Assembly: GCA_965215605.1 (NCBI GenBank) | Contig: OZ244070.1 | Coordinates: 3,712,001-3,776,000, forward strand | Direction of reading: 5' to 3' | DNA length: 64,000 bases | Source of the DNA: an uncultured Candidatus Binatia bacterium | GTDB taxonomy: Bacteria; Desulfobacterota; Binatia; UBA9968; JAJDTQ01 | Shown here: piece by piece, positions 20,106 through 28,855 of the stretch | How the letters are laid out: every line of letters begins with the position of its first letter | How positions within the stretch are numbered: position 1 is the stretch's first letter | Notes under the pieces: model-generated | The model's input: the letters and a program-made list of their open reading frames with translations, nothing else | Database searches by the model: none | Told to the model about the DNA's origin: nothing | Position numbers and translations under genes: made by a program

Positions 20106-21134
20106 TCACGGGTTTTCCGCGAACACGTCGGTTACCGCTTCGGTGAGCTCGGGATAGGGGCTGTCGAAGGCGAAATCCACGGCCGCCGCTATCCGATCCT
20201 CCACGGAGTGGTTCAGCGACCCGAGTTCGTCCTTGTCCGCGTGCCCCGATTCCACCAGCTCCCGCATGAATCGCAGCACCGGATCGCTGTCCCGGTACCA
20301 GCCCCGGACCTCCTCCGGCACTCCGGAAACGTCCCAGGCGAGATCGACGGCGGTGGGCGCCTTGACCACCGGCCAGTTGGTCTCGCTGCCCGGCCAGCGG
20401 ACGGTCTGGGCCTCGATGAAACGGGGGCCGTCCCCCGAGCGGATCGCGTCGATGCTCTCACGGAGCGCGGCGTGGACCGCGCCGGCATCGATGCCGTCCA
20501 CCTGCAGGGCGGGAATCTTGTAGGCCGCGGGAAGGTCCGTCAGCGGAAAGGCCGCCATGGTGGAAGACTGCGCCGCTCCGGTGGCGTTGCCGGCGCCGTA
20601 CTTGCCGTTGTTCTCGCACAGGAAGAGCACGGGCAGCTTCCACAGGGAGGCCAGGTTGAAGGCTTCCGGCACCGCGCCTTCCTCCAGCGCACCGTCGCCG
20701 AAGAGGCATACGGCGATCTGCCCGGTGGAACGGCTCTTGGCCGCGTAGGCCGCCCCCGTTCCCAGCGGCAGGATGCCGCCCACCACCCCCGAACACTGGA
20801 GAAACCCGAGCTCCCGGGGACTCGTGTGGAAGGAGCCGCCCTTGCCGCGGTTATAGCCGTCGCGCCGTCCCAGGATCTCGGCCAGCAGCCGTCCGGGGTC
20901 GCCGCCCCGGGCCAGGATGTGACCGTGGTTACGGTGGGTGGAGAAGAGCATGTCGTCAGGCTGGAGCAACGAGAGCGCCGGCACCCCGGTGCCTTCCTGC
21001 CCGATGTACACGTGATAGTGGCCGCGGAACCGTCCTTCCCGATGGAGGCCGATGAGCCGTTCCTCGAAGTGCCGGACCAGCAGCATCTTCCGGCATTGCG
21101 CGAGGAGTTGATCTTTTGGCAGCGGGGGGGTCAT
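20106..21134 (-). CDS. TPP-dependent dehydrogenase E1 alpha-like subunit
   Basis: HVYIGQEG, THRNHGH, GKGGSFH, GDG...ENN TPP motif; start codon uncertain. Confidence 0.88.
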   Translation of the reverse strand: MTPPLPKDQLLAQCRKMLLVRHFEERLIGLHREGRFRGHYHVYIGQEGTGVPALSLLQPDDMLFSTHRNHGHILARGGDPGRLLAEILGRRDGYNRGKGGSFHTSPRELGFLQCSGVVGGILPLGTGAAYAAKSRSTGQIAVCLFGDGALEEGAVPEAFNLASLWKLPVLFLCENNGKYGAGNATGAAQSSTMAAFPLTDLPAAYKIPALQVDGIDAGAVHAALRESIDAIRSGDGPRFIEAQTVRWPGSETNWPVVKAPTAVDLAWDVSGVPEEVRGWYRDSDPVLRFMRELVESGHADKDELGSLNHSVEDRIAAAVDFAFDSPYPELTEAVTDVFAENP

Positions 21135-21283
21135 GTTTCCGTGCCCTGTATAAGCCATTGCCGCGTGGATGCCAACACTTGCCTTCCGGGAGCCTTGCCG
21201 GCCGGAGGTCGCCGGACCGGGCCTTGTTTGACAGCCTTCCGAAAGCGGGCTAATCACGATGGGGTTACGGAGAGGGACGGCAT

Positions 21284-22030
21284 ATGACACTGGAGCAGAA
21301 GGTAGCGGTGGTCACCGGTGGAGGCCAGGGCCTGGGCCGCGCCATCACGCTGGCGCTGGTCCGCGCGGGAGCGAAAGTGGCGGTGGCGGATATGAACCTG
21401 GAGACCGCCCACGTTGTCGCCGCCGAGGTCGAGCAGGCCGGCGGAGAGGCTCTCGCCGTACAGGTGGACGTGGCCGACGAGGCGTCGGTGAACGCGTTAC
21501 GGGATCATGTGCTGGGCCGTTGGGAGCGCGCCGACATCCTGGCCGCCAACGCCGGCATGTATCCGCACTCACTGGTGGTGGACATGCCGGAGGAAGAGTG
21601 GGACCGGGTTCTGGACGTCAACGTCGGCGGCCAGTTCCTGTGCGCCCGCGCGTTCGTCCCGGTCATGAAGAAGCAGGAGCGCGGACGCATCATCTGCACG
21701 GCGTCGGCCATTGCCTACAAGGGCCAGGCCGGCCACTCCCACTACGCCGCCTCCAAGGCCGCCACGGTCGGTTTCGTGCGCGGGCTGGCGCGTGAGCTGG
21801 CGCCCCACGGAATCACCGTGAACTCCGTGGCCCCAGGGACTGCCAACACCGCCATGCCGCGGCAGCACCGCTCCGAGGAATCCATGCGGCAACGGGGAGC
21901 CCAGGTGCCCCTGGGGCGCATCGCCGAGCCCGAGGACATCGCCAACACCGTCGCCTTCCTCGCCAGCGACGCGGCCGCCTACATCACCGGTCAGACCATG
22001 CTGGTCAACGGCGGCGACCTGATGATCTGA
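21284..22030 (+). CDS. Short-chain dehydrogenase/reductase (FabG-like)
   Basis: TGGGQGLG, YAASK and VNSVAPG motifs. Confidence 0.92.
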   Translation: MTLEQKVAVVTGGGQGLGRAITLALVRAGAKVAVADMNLETAHVVAAEVEQAGGEALAVQVDVADEASVNALRDHVLGRWERADILAANAGMYPHSLVVDMPEEEWDRVLDVNVGGQFLCARAFVPVMKKQERGRIICTASAIAYKGQAGHSHYAASKAATVGFVRGLARELAPHGITVNSVAPGTANTAMPRQHRSEESMRQRGAQVPLGRIAEPEDIANTVAFLASDAAAYITGQTMLVNGGDLMI

Positions 22031-22077
22031 TCCGCGAAAACTGTTTCGACGACCTTGAACCTGGAAGGGAAGCCCTC

Positions 22078-23229
22078 ATGCTGAGAAAGAAGGTATGTCT
22101 TGTCGGCTACGGCTCGACGGAATACTCCCGAAAATCCGACCGTCCCCTCCTGTCCTACTATGCCGAGGCCATGCAGAATGCCATGGCCCAGACCGGCATC
22201 ACCAAGAAAGAGATCAACGGCTTTTCCATGGTGACCCAGGCCAGCCCCGACTACTCGCCCTACGTGGCCGAGCAGTTGGGCCTGGAGCTGGACTGGGTGC
22301 TCAACGGCGACTGCGGCGGCGCCGGCGCGGTGTGCGCCATCCGGCGCGCGGCCGACGCCATCGAGGCGGGCTATCTGGACGTGGCATTCATCGTGGCGGG
22401 GAACGCCTTCGACAAGAACGTAGCGCATCAACGAGTGCTGGAGTATCAGCGGGCCAACTACGTCGACGTCTACGGCTACGGCGGCCCCAACACTCTGTTC
22501 GCGCTGGTGCAGCGCCGCCACATGGAGGAGTACGGCACCACCCTGGAGCAGATCGGCAAGATCGCCGTCAGCCAGCGCTTCAACGCCGGTTCCAATCCTC
22601 AGGCGCTTCTGCGCGCGCCCATGACCATCGAGGACTACCTGAACTCGCGCCTGATCTCCGACCCCATCCGGCTGTTCGACTGCGTGATGCCGTGCTCGGG
22701 CGGCGAGTGTATCGTCGTGGCCTCTGAAGAGCGCGCCAGGCAGATCACCGACAAGCCGGTCTACCTGGTGACCGACGCGGAGAAGATCGGCTTCCAGGCC
22801 TCCAACATGCTGCCGGACAAGACCGTCACCGGCATGAGCGTGGTGGGCGAGCACCTGTTCTCGGAGATGAGCCGGGACAACGTCGACCTCCTGGCCATCT
22901 ACGACGACTACCCCATCGCGGTGATGATGCAGCTCGAGGACCTGGGCTACTGCGCCAAGGGACAGGGCGGGCCGTTCGTCGATGACCACGACCTGACCTT
23001 CGGCGGCGACTTCCCCGTGAACACCGGCGGCGGCGAGATCTCGGTGGGGCAGGCGGGTCTGGCCGGAGGCATGCTGCACGTGGTAGAGGCCCTGCGGCAG
23101 TTGCGCGGCGAGGCCGGGGAGCGTCAGGTCAAGGCCGCCGAGACCGCCCTGGTCACGGGCATCGGCTGGCTGTCGTACGCGCGCAACCTCAACACCACGG
23201 CCGCGCTGATCCTGGAGAGGAGGTCGTAA
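22078..23229 (+). CDS. Thiolase-like protein (SCP2/Ltp2-type)
   Basis: RHMEEYGTT, LFDCVMP, YDDYP and VNTGGG motifs; translationally coupled to DUF35. Confidence 0.85.
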   Translation: MLRKKVCLVGYGSTEYSRKSDRPLLSYYAEAMQNAMAQTGITKKEINGFSMVTQASPDYSPYVAEQLGLELDWVLNGDCGGAGAVCAIRRAADAIEAGYLDVAFIVAGNAFDKNVAHQRVLEYQRANYVDVYGYGGPNTLFALVQRRHMEEYGTTLEQIGKIAVSQRFNAGSNPQALLRAPMTIEDYLNSRLISDPIRLFDCVMPCSGGECIVVASEERARQITDKPVYLVTDAEKIGFQASNMLPDKTVTGMSVVGEHLFSEMSRDNVDLLAIYDDYPIAVMMQLEDLGYCAKGQGGPFVDDHDLTFGGDFPVNTGGGEISVGQAGLAGGMLHVVEALRQLRGEAGERQVKAAETALVTGIGWLSYARNLNTTAALILERRS

Positions 23230-23633
23230 TGGCCGGCAAGAGTCTTCCCGCCGTAAACGCGATCGACCGCGGGTTCTGGGAGGGGGCCGCCAAGGGCGAG
23301 TTGCGGCTTCAGAAATGCGGGGTCTGCGGCAAGGTGCAGTTCTTCCCGCGAATCGCCTGCACCGGCTGCCTCGGCAGCGACCTGGAGTGGGTCCCGGTGA
23401 GCGGCAAGGGCAAGGTGCATACCTTTTCCATGTGCCGGGTGCCCCGGAACCGCGCCTTCATGGACGAGGTCCCCATCTGCGTCGCGGAAGTGGAGTTGGA
23501 GGAGGGTGTGCGGATGGTCACTCGCATCGTCGGCGACAACCGCGACCAGGTGACCCTCGGCGCTCCCGTCACCGTCACGTTCATGGAGACCGAGGATCCC
23601 GACATCAAGCTGCCGGTGTTCGAACTGGTCTGA
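23229..23633 (+). CDS. DUF35 Zn-ribbon/OB-fold protein
   Basis: FWEGA, CxxC..PR..CxxC, SGKGKVHTF, VELEEGVRM. Confidence 0.92.
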   Translation: MAGKSLPAVNAIDRGFWEGAAKGELRLQKCGVCGKVQFFPRIACTGCLGSDLEWVPVSGKGKVHTFSMCRVPRNRAFMDEVPICVAEVELEEGVRMVTRIVGDNRDQVTLGAPVTVTFMETEDPDIKLPVFELV

Positions 23634-23677
23634 CTTCGTTACTCCGGGCGGTCGCGGACAGCCCGGGAAACAGTTCC

Positions 23678-23935
23678 ATGGCCACCATCGAAATCTATTC
23701 CAAGTCCTGGTGTCCGTACTGCCGGATGGCAAAGCGGCTGCTGGAGGAGAAGGGGCAGGATTTCGTCGAGTTCGATGTCGAGCTGGACGCCGGCAAGCTC
23801 GACGAGATGCTGGACCGCTCGCAGGGCCGCTGGACGGTCCCCGAGATCTTCATCGACGGCGACCTCATCGGCGGCTTCGACGACCTGCGGGCGCTGGAAG
23901 CCAGCGGTGAGCTCGACCTGCTGCTCAAGGACTGA
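23678..23935 (+). CDS. grxC: Glutaredoxin 3
   Basis: CPYC active site, TVPEIFI, GGFDDL. Confidence 0.92.
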   Translation: MATIEIYSKSWCPYCRMAKRLLEEKGQDFVEFDVELDAGKLDEMLDRSQGRWTVPEIFIDGDLIGGFDDLRALEASGELDLLLKD

Positions 23936-23953
23936 AGCGACTTGCATGCCCGC

Positions 23954-24002
23954 CTGGACCCCGGCGCCTGTCCCGGGCTTGACCCGGGGCCCCGGGGCGA
24001 CG
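23954..24002 (-). repeat. Nested CGTC-type REP-like palindrome between convergent genes
   Basis: Reverse complement reads CGTCGCCCCGG...CCGGGGTCCA with an inner CCCGGG-CTTGA-CCCGGG hairpin. Confidence 0.6.
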
Positions 24003-24028
24003 ATTGCGCACGGCCCGCATGACTTTGG

Positions 24029-25534
24029 TCAAGAGCCCTTGATGAAGTCCGCCACCCGCTCGCCGATCATCATGCAGGTCACGTTGGTATTGGCGTGCGT
24101 GACCGTGGGCATGATGGAGGCGTCCGCCACCCGCAGGTTGTCGATGCCGTGAACCCGCAGTTGCTCGTCCACCACGGTCATGGGATCGGATGCCGGTCCC
24201 ATGAGACACGTCCCGGCCGCATGGTGATAGCTGTCCAGGGTTGAGCGTGCCCACCGGTCCCAGTCCTCGCCGCGCCTGGGCTGGATCGGCGGCCCGTAGT
24301 ATTCGGGCATGTCGCCGGTCCGGGTCAGCAAATCCAGGAACTCCAGGGTCGCCACCACGGCGGCCACGTCGTCCGGATGCTCGAGCATCCGGGCATCCAC
24401 CCCCGGCAGCTCGTGGGGGTCGGCGCTCTGAAGAAACACACGTCCGCGGTTGCGCTGCTCCAAGAGCGCCGCGGAGATGTTCAACGTCCGGCCCACGCCT
24501 TCCAGCACGGTAGGCGGGCGCATGAAGATGTGGAAATCCCCGGTTTCCCGTGACGGATCGCTCTTGGTCACCAGCCGGAAGGGGGGCACGACCCAGTCCA
24601 CCTCGAAGCCGCCGCGTCCCTCGAAGCCCATGTGCAGCATGGCGTGGTCCTGATAGTTCTCGCCCACGCCGGGCCGGTCATGGAGCACCTCGATCCCGTG
24701 CTTCTCCAGCTCTGCGGCCGGGCCGATGCCGGAAAGCATCATGATGTGGGGGCTGTGGAACGCGCCGGCGGTCAGGACCACCTCGGCGCCCACCGCCGTA
24801 TGCCGCCGGCCGTCCTTCTCGTAGCTCACCCCGGTGACGCGGTTGCCCGACAGGGAAAGCGACACCACTGGCGCTTCCGCGATGACGGTGAGGTTCGGCC
24901 GGCTCCGGGCGGCCTCCAGGTAGGCCACCGTGGTGGACTGCCGCATGCCGTCCTTGATGTTGTAGGGCGACGTGCAGATGCCCCAGGGATTCGGGTCGTT
25001 CACATCGCTCCGCGGCAGCCCGAGGTCCCCGGCCGCATCCATGAAGACCTGCACCGCTCTGGGCACCTCCTGGCCGAAGAGGTAGTGGCGCTCGAAGTAG
25101 AGCGGCCCGCCGTAGCCGTGGTCGGGGCTGTCGGGGTTGTCCTGATCGTTCTCGAGGCGCTTGAGGACGGGCAGGATGTGATCCCATGCCCATTGGGGAT
25201 TGCCCGCCGCCGCCCATGCGTCCATGTCCGCCTTGATGGGACGGATCACCGACATCACGTTCACCGACGAACCGCCGCCCATGATCCTGCCGGCGAGGGA
25301 GTAGAAGGTGCTGCCGTCGACCTTCCGCTCGCTGGGATACATGTTGATGTAGGGGGTTTCCAGCAGCAGCCGGACCCGTCCGGCAGCCTGCGCCACCAGC
25401 TCGGGTATCGGCAACGGGTCCGGGCCGGCCTCCAACAGGAGGACCTTTCGGTTCGGATCTTCGGAAAGACGCGCCGCCGCCGCGCAGCCCGCCGAGCCGC
25501 CGCCCACCAAGATCGCATCGTAATCGTTTGCCAT
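24029..25534 (-). CDS. GMC oxidoreductase (choline dehydrogenase-like)
   Basis: GGGSAG, GGGSSVN, GVGENYQDH, YHHAAGTC, LRVADASIMP, NTN. Confidence 0.92.
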   Translation of the reverse strand: MANDYDAILVGGGSAGCAAAARLSEDPNRKVLLLEAGPDPLPIPELVAQAAGRVRLLLETPYINMYPSERKVDGSTFYSLAGRIMGGGSSVNVMSVIRPIKADMDAWAAAGNPQWAWDHILPVLKRLENDQDNPDSPDHGYGGPLYFERHYLFGQEVPRAVQVFMDAAGDLGLPRSDVNDPNPWGICTSPYNIKDGMRQSTTVAYLEAARSRPNLTVIAEAPVVSLSLSGNRVTGVSYEKDGRRHTAVGAEVVLTAGAFHSPHIMMLSGIGPAAELEKHGIEVLHDRPGVGENYQDHAMLHMGFEGRGGFEVDWVVPPFRLVTKSDPSRETGDFHIFMRPPTVLEGVGRTLNISAALLEQRNRGRVFLQSADPHELPGVDARMLEHPDDVAAVVATLEFLDLLTRTGDMPEYYGPPIQPRRGEDWDRWARSTLDSYHHAAGTCLMGPASDPMTVVDEQLRVHGIDNLRVADASIMPTVTHANTNVTCMMIGERVADFIKGS

Positions 25535-25558
25535 GGCAACCTCTTCCTTGCCCGCGCC

Positions 25559-25586
25559 CGTCATTCCGGGGGTGACCCGGAATCCA
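25559..25586 (+). repeat. CGTC-type REP-like palindrome
   Basis: CGTCATTCCGGGGGTGACCCGGAATCCA. Confidence 0.72.
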
Positions 25587-25727
25587 GGGGTGGCCGCGGG
25601 GCGGTCCGATACTGCCGTTCCCTGCCTCCCGAGTGCGGCCCCGCCATCGGTCCGGTCCACATCCAGGTTCCAACTGCGTATCAAGTATGGGGTTGCCGTT
25701 CAACAACGACCGCCACGGCATTTCTTC

Positions 25728-25757
25728 TTGACAACCAGGCTGGCCCGGACCTAGACT
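25728..25757 (+). promoter_or_regulatory. Putative sigma70 promoter
   Basis: TTGACA-N18-TAGACT upstream of the DOPA dioxygenase-like gene. Confidence 0.5.
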
Positions 25758-25821
25758 TCCGCTGTCCCGTTCGCGAACGGGCATGAGCCCGCGGCCCCAT
25801 GCGCCTGACCGAGGCAGAGTC

Positions 25822-26163
25822 ATGTCGAAAGAAAAATCGGAGATCACCGGCTATCACGCCCACGTCTACTACGATCCCAACACCAGGGAGACGGCCAATC
25901 GCGTGCGCGAAGGTCTGGGCGCCCGGTTCGACGTGGTGTTGGGGCGCTGGCACGACGTACCCGTGGGCCCGCACCCCAAGGCCATGTATCAGGTCGCCTT
26001 TCAGCCCGAGGAGTTCGCCGGGGTCGTTCCCTGGCTGATGCTCAACCGGGAGGACCTGGACATCCTGGTGCACCCCAGCACCGGAGAGCACGTCGGCGAC
26101 CATCAGGACCGGTCGTTGTGGCTGGGGACACGGTTGCCGCTGAGGCTCGGCAGGTTCGGTTAA
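25822..26163 (+). CDS. DOPA 4,5-dioxygenase family protein
   Basis: YHAHVYY, PVGPHP, WLMLNR..L.ILVHP and DH...WLG motifs. Confidence 0.88.
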   Translation: MSKEKSEITGYHAHVYYDPNTRETANRVREGLGARFDVVLGRWHDVPVGPHPKAMYQVAFQPEEFAGVVPWLMLNREDLDILVHPSTGEHVGDHQDRSLWLGTRLPLRLGRFG

Positions 26164-26621
26164 GGTTCGCCGTCCCGCACCCGCAGCTTCGCCTCGATGA
26201 ACTCCCTGTGCGACACGCCGATGAGGTCGGAGATCTTGCGGACCAGGTACTCTTCGTGCTTGTCGACGTTCTCGTCCGCGTAAGCCACGGCCCAGAGGTA
26301 CTCCACCACCTTCCGCTTCTGCTCCGGCGAGAAGGCCGTCTTGATGAGAGAGGTAAACTGGTAGTGGTCGATGGCGTCGTCGGCTTCGGCCTCGGCCAGC
26401 GCCACCAGATCGTGGGTTTCTTCAACGGTGAGGTCGAACTTGGCTTGTAGCGCTGTCACCACCACCGTGCGCTCGCCCTCGGTGCACTCGACGTCGGTGC
26501 GCATCATCTCGATGAGCAGTGCGCCGGTGGCCACCTGCAGCCGATGGCTGTCCGACTGTCGCAGGTCGCGGTGGCCGGGGTCGATGCGTCTGTCGAAAAA
26601 CCGCTGGATGGCGCCGAGCAT
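26160..26621 (-). CDS. TerB family protein
   Basis: ATGALLIEMMRTD, DHYQFTSLI, LWAVAYAD...EE...RKISDLIGV. Confidence 0.85.
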   Translation of the reverse strand: MLGAIQRFFDRRIDPGHRDLRQSDSHRLQVATGALLIEMMRTDVECTEGERTVVVTALQAKFDLTVEETHDLVALAEAEADDAIDHYQFTSLIKTAFSPEQKRKVVEYLWAVAYADENVDKHEEYLVRKISDLIGVSHREFIEAKLRVRDGEP

Positions 26622-27205
26622 TACCGCCCCGCACCGTTCAGGAATCGCACTTGGTAGTCCTTCCACTTGTCCGCCGGGCGGGTGATGTCCCCGGTATAGG
26701 TTCCGAAGCGGCCGCGCCGGCGGTCCCGGAAGTAGAGTCTCAGGGTTTGCTCCACCACGGGGAAGGCGATCCGGTCCCAGGGAATCTCATCCTCGCGGCA
26801 CAGCATCACATCGAGACTTTCTTCTCCGGCGCCGAACTGGCGCTCCCGCAGGAAACCCCGAAACATCACGTAGACCTGATTGATCTGGGGCAGGTTGATG
26901 AGAGTGTAGAGCTCGGAGATCTCCACCTCGGCCAAGGCCTCCTCCCGCGTCTCCCTGGCGGCCCCTTCGATGGTGGTCTCGTAGTCTTCCAGGAAACCTG
27001 CGGGCAGGGTCCAGAACCCGTAGCGCGGTTCGATGGCGCGCCGACAGAGCAGGATGGTGTCTTCCCATTCCGGGATGCAGCCGACCACCACCTTGGGATT
27101 CGTGTAGTGAATGGTGTTGCAGGCTCCACAGACGTGCCGGGGCATGTTGTCTCCCTCGGGGATACGGAGTTCCACGGGAGCGGCACAGGCGCTGCAATAC
27201 TTCAT
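26621..27205 (-). CDS. NUDIX hydrolase with N-terminal zinc ribbon
   Basis: MKYCSAC..CGAC; Nudix box in GFLEDYETTIEGAARETREE. Confidence 0.92.
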   Translation of the reverse strand: MKYCSACAAPVELRIPEGDNMPRHVCGACNTIHYTNPKVVVGCIPEWEDTILLCRRAIEPRYGFWTLPAGFLEDYETTIEGAARETREEALAEVEISELYTLINLPQINQVYVMFRGFLRERQFGAGEESLDVMLCREDEIPWDRIAFPVVEQTLRLYFRDRRRGRFGTYTGDITRPADKWKDYQVRFLNGAGR

Positions 27206-27347
27206 GACAAGCTTCCGGCCGGGTGCTTTGGCAGGCACGCGGTCGCGGCGCCTGCGGGACTTGCCGGCTGCGGTCACTATAGGGTGATCCCCCCGCAGGG
27301 TCAATCCGAACGGGATCTCATGGTATACAACATCCAAGAGGAGTGTC

Positions 27348-28790
27348 GTGTCCCTGTTGCCTGAACGCCTTGAAACATGGTTCCGCGAAGCGGCGCCCGC
27401 CGTCCGTTTCTGCTCGCTCCGCTACGTCGGCGAGGGTTCCGAAAGCCTTTCGGTGAGACGAGGGGTGGTGGAGCCCATTGCGTCGGGAGAAGATGCCGGC
27501 GTGATGATCACCGTGGCGGACGGCGATGGGGTGGGTTACGCGGGCACCTGCAACCTGAGTCCGGACGGACTCCGGCGGGCCCTGGACCGCGCCCGGGACT
27601 GGGCGGCACGGAGTGCGGAGCGCATGGTCTTTCCCGCGGCACCGCTCCAGGCACCGTGCCGGGGCGACTACCGGACGCCGGTGGCGGCGCCGTGGGACTC
27701 GGTGCCGCTGCGCGACAAGATCGACCTCCTCCGCGCCCAGAGCGAACGCCTGCACGCGGACCCCCGCATCGTCGATTGGGATGCCTCGCTGTGGCACGTG
27801 GAGACCGAGACCCTTTACCTGACCGCGGACGGCACCCGGGTGCACCAGACGTTGAGCCACCTGGTGCCGGGTCTCGGCTGCACCGCCAACGACGGCCTCG
27901 AGACCGTGAGCCGTACCTTCGGCGGCCGTGGCTTCTGCCGCCAGGGCGGCCTGGAAGTGCTGGACCAGACGGGCTTTCGCGACGCCGCGCCGGTGCTTGC
28001 CGAGGAAGCGCTGGAGCTTCTGGCGGCTCCCAATTGCCCCACCGCGACCATGGATCTCCTGCTTGCCCCGGACCAGCTCATCCTCCAGATACACGAATCC
28101 ATCGGTCATCCGCTGGAGCTGGACCGGATCCTGGGCGACGAACGCAACTACGCGGGCACGAGCTTCGTCACTCCCGACATGTTCGGCACGTACCGCTACG
28201 GGTCCGAGCTTCTGAACGTTACCTTCGACCCCACCGATCCGGCACAGTACGCCAGCTATGGCTACGATGACGAAGGCCTGCCGGCCCGCCGGGAATACAT
28301 CATCAAGGACGGCGTGCTGCAGCGCGGACTGGGCGGTCACCTGTCCCAGCAGCGCATCGGCCTCGAGGGAGTGGCCAACTCCCGCGCCACGAACTGGAAC
28401 CGTCCGCCCATCGACCGCATGGCCAACCTGAACCTGGAGCCCGGCGACAGCACCTTCGAAGAGATGGTCCGCTCCATCGAGCGGGGGGTTTTCATGCAGA
28501 CCAACTGCTCGTGGTCCATCGACGACTCCCGCAACAAGTTCCAGTTCGGCTGCGAGCGCGGCACGCTGATCCGGGACGGCGAGTTGCGGGAAGTGGTGAA
28601 GAAGCCCAACTACCGGGGTGTTTCGGCCACCTTCTGGCGCAATCTCGTCCGCGTGGGCAACGCCGACACCCGCGAGGTGCTGGGTACGCCGTTCTGCGGC
28701 AAGGGCGAGCCGAATCAGGTCATCCGCGTCGGGCACGCGACGCCCGCGTCTGTGTTCGCCGGCGTACAGGTCTTTGGCGGGGAGTCCTGA
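27348..28790 (+). CDS. tldD: TldD metalloprotease subunit
   Basis: HESIGHPLELD, GYDDEG, PIDRMAN and CGKG motifs. Confidence 0.9.
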   Translation: MSLLPERLETWFREAAPAVRFCSLRYVGEGSESLSVRRGVVEPIASGEDAGVMITVADGDGVGYAGTCNLSPDGLRRALDRARDWAARSAERMVFPAAPLQAPCRGDYRTPVAAPWDSVPLRDKIDLLRAQSERLHADPRIVDWDASLWHVETETLYLTADGTRVHQTLSHLVPGLGCTANDGLETVSRTFGGRGFCRQGGLEVLDQTGFRDAAPVLAEEALELLAAPNCPTATMDLLLAPDQLILQIHESIGHPLELDRILGDERNYAGTSFVTPDMFGTYRYGSELLNVTFDPTDPAQYASYGYDDEGLPARREYIIKDGVLQRGLGGHLSQQRIGLEGVANSRATNWNRPPIDRMANLNLEPGDSTFEEMVRSIERGVFMQTNCSWSIDDSRNKFQFGCERGTLIRDGELREVVKKPNYRGVSATFWRNLVRVGNADTREVLGTPFCGKGEPNQVIRVGHATPASVFAGVQVFGGES

Positions 28791-28855
28791 CCGCGCGATG
28801 CAACCCTTGCACCGGCGGGTTTGACCGGCCCGACGACGAACCGCTCCCATAGCAG

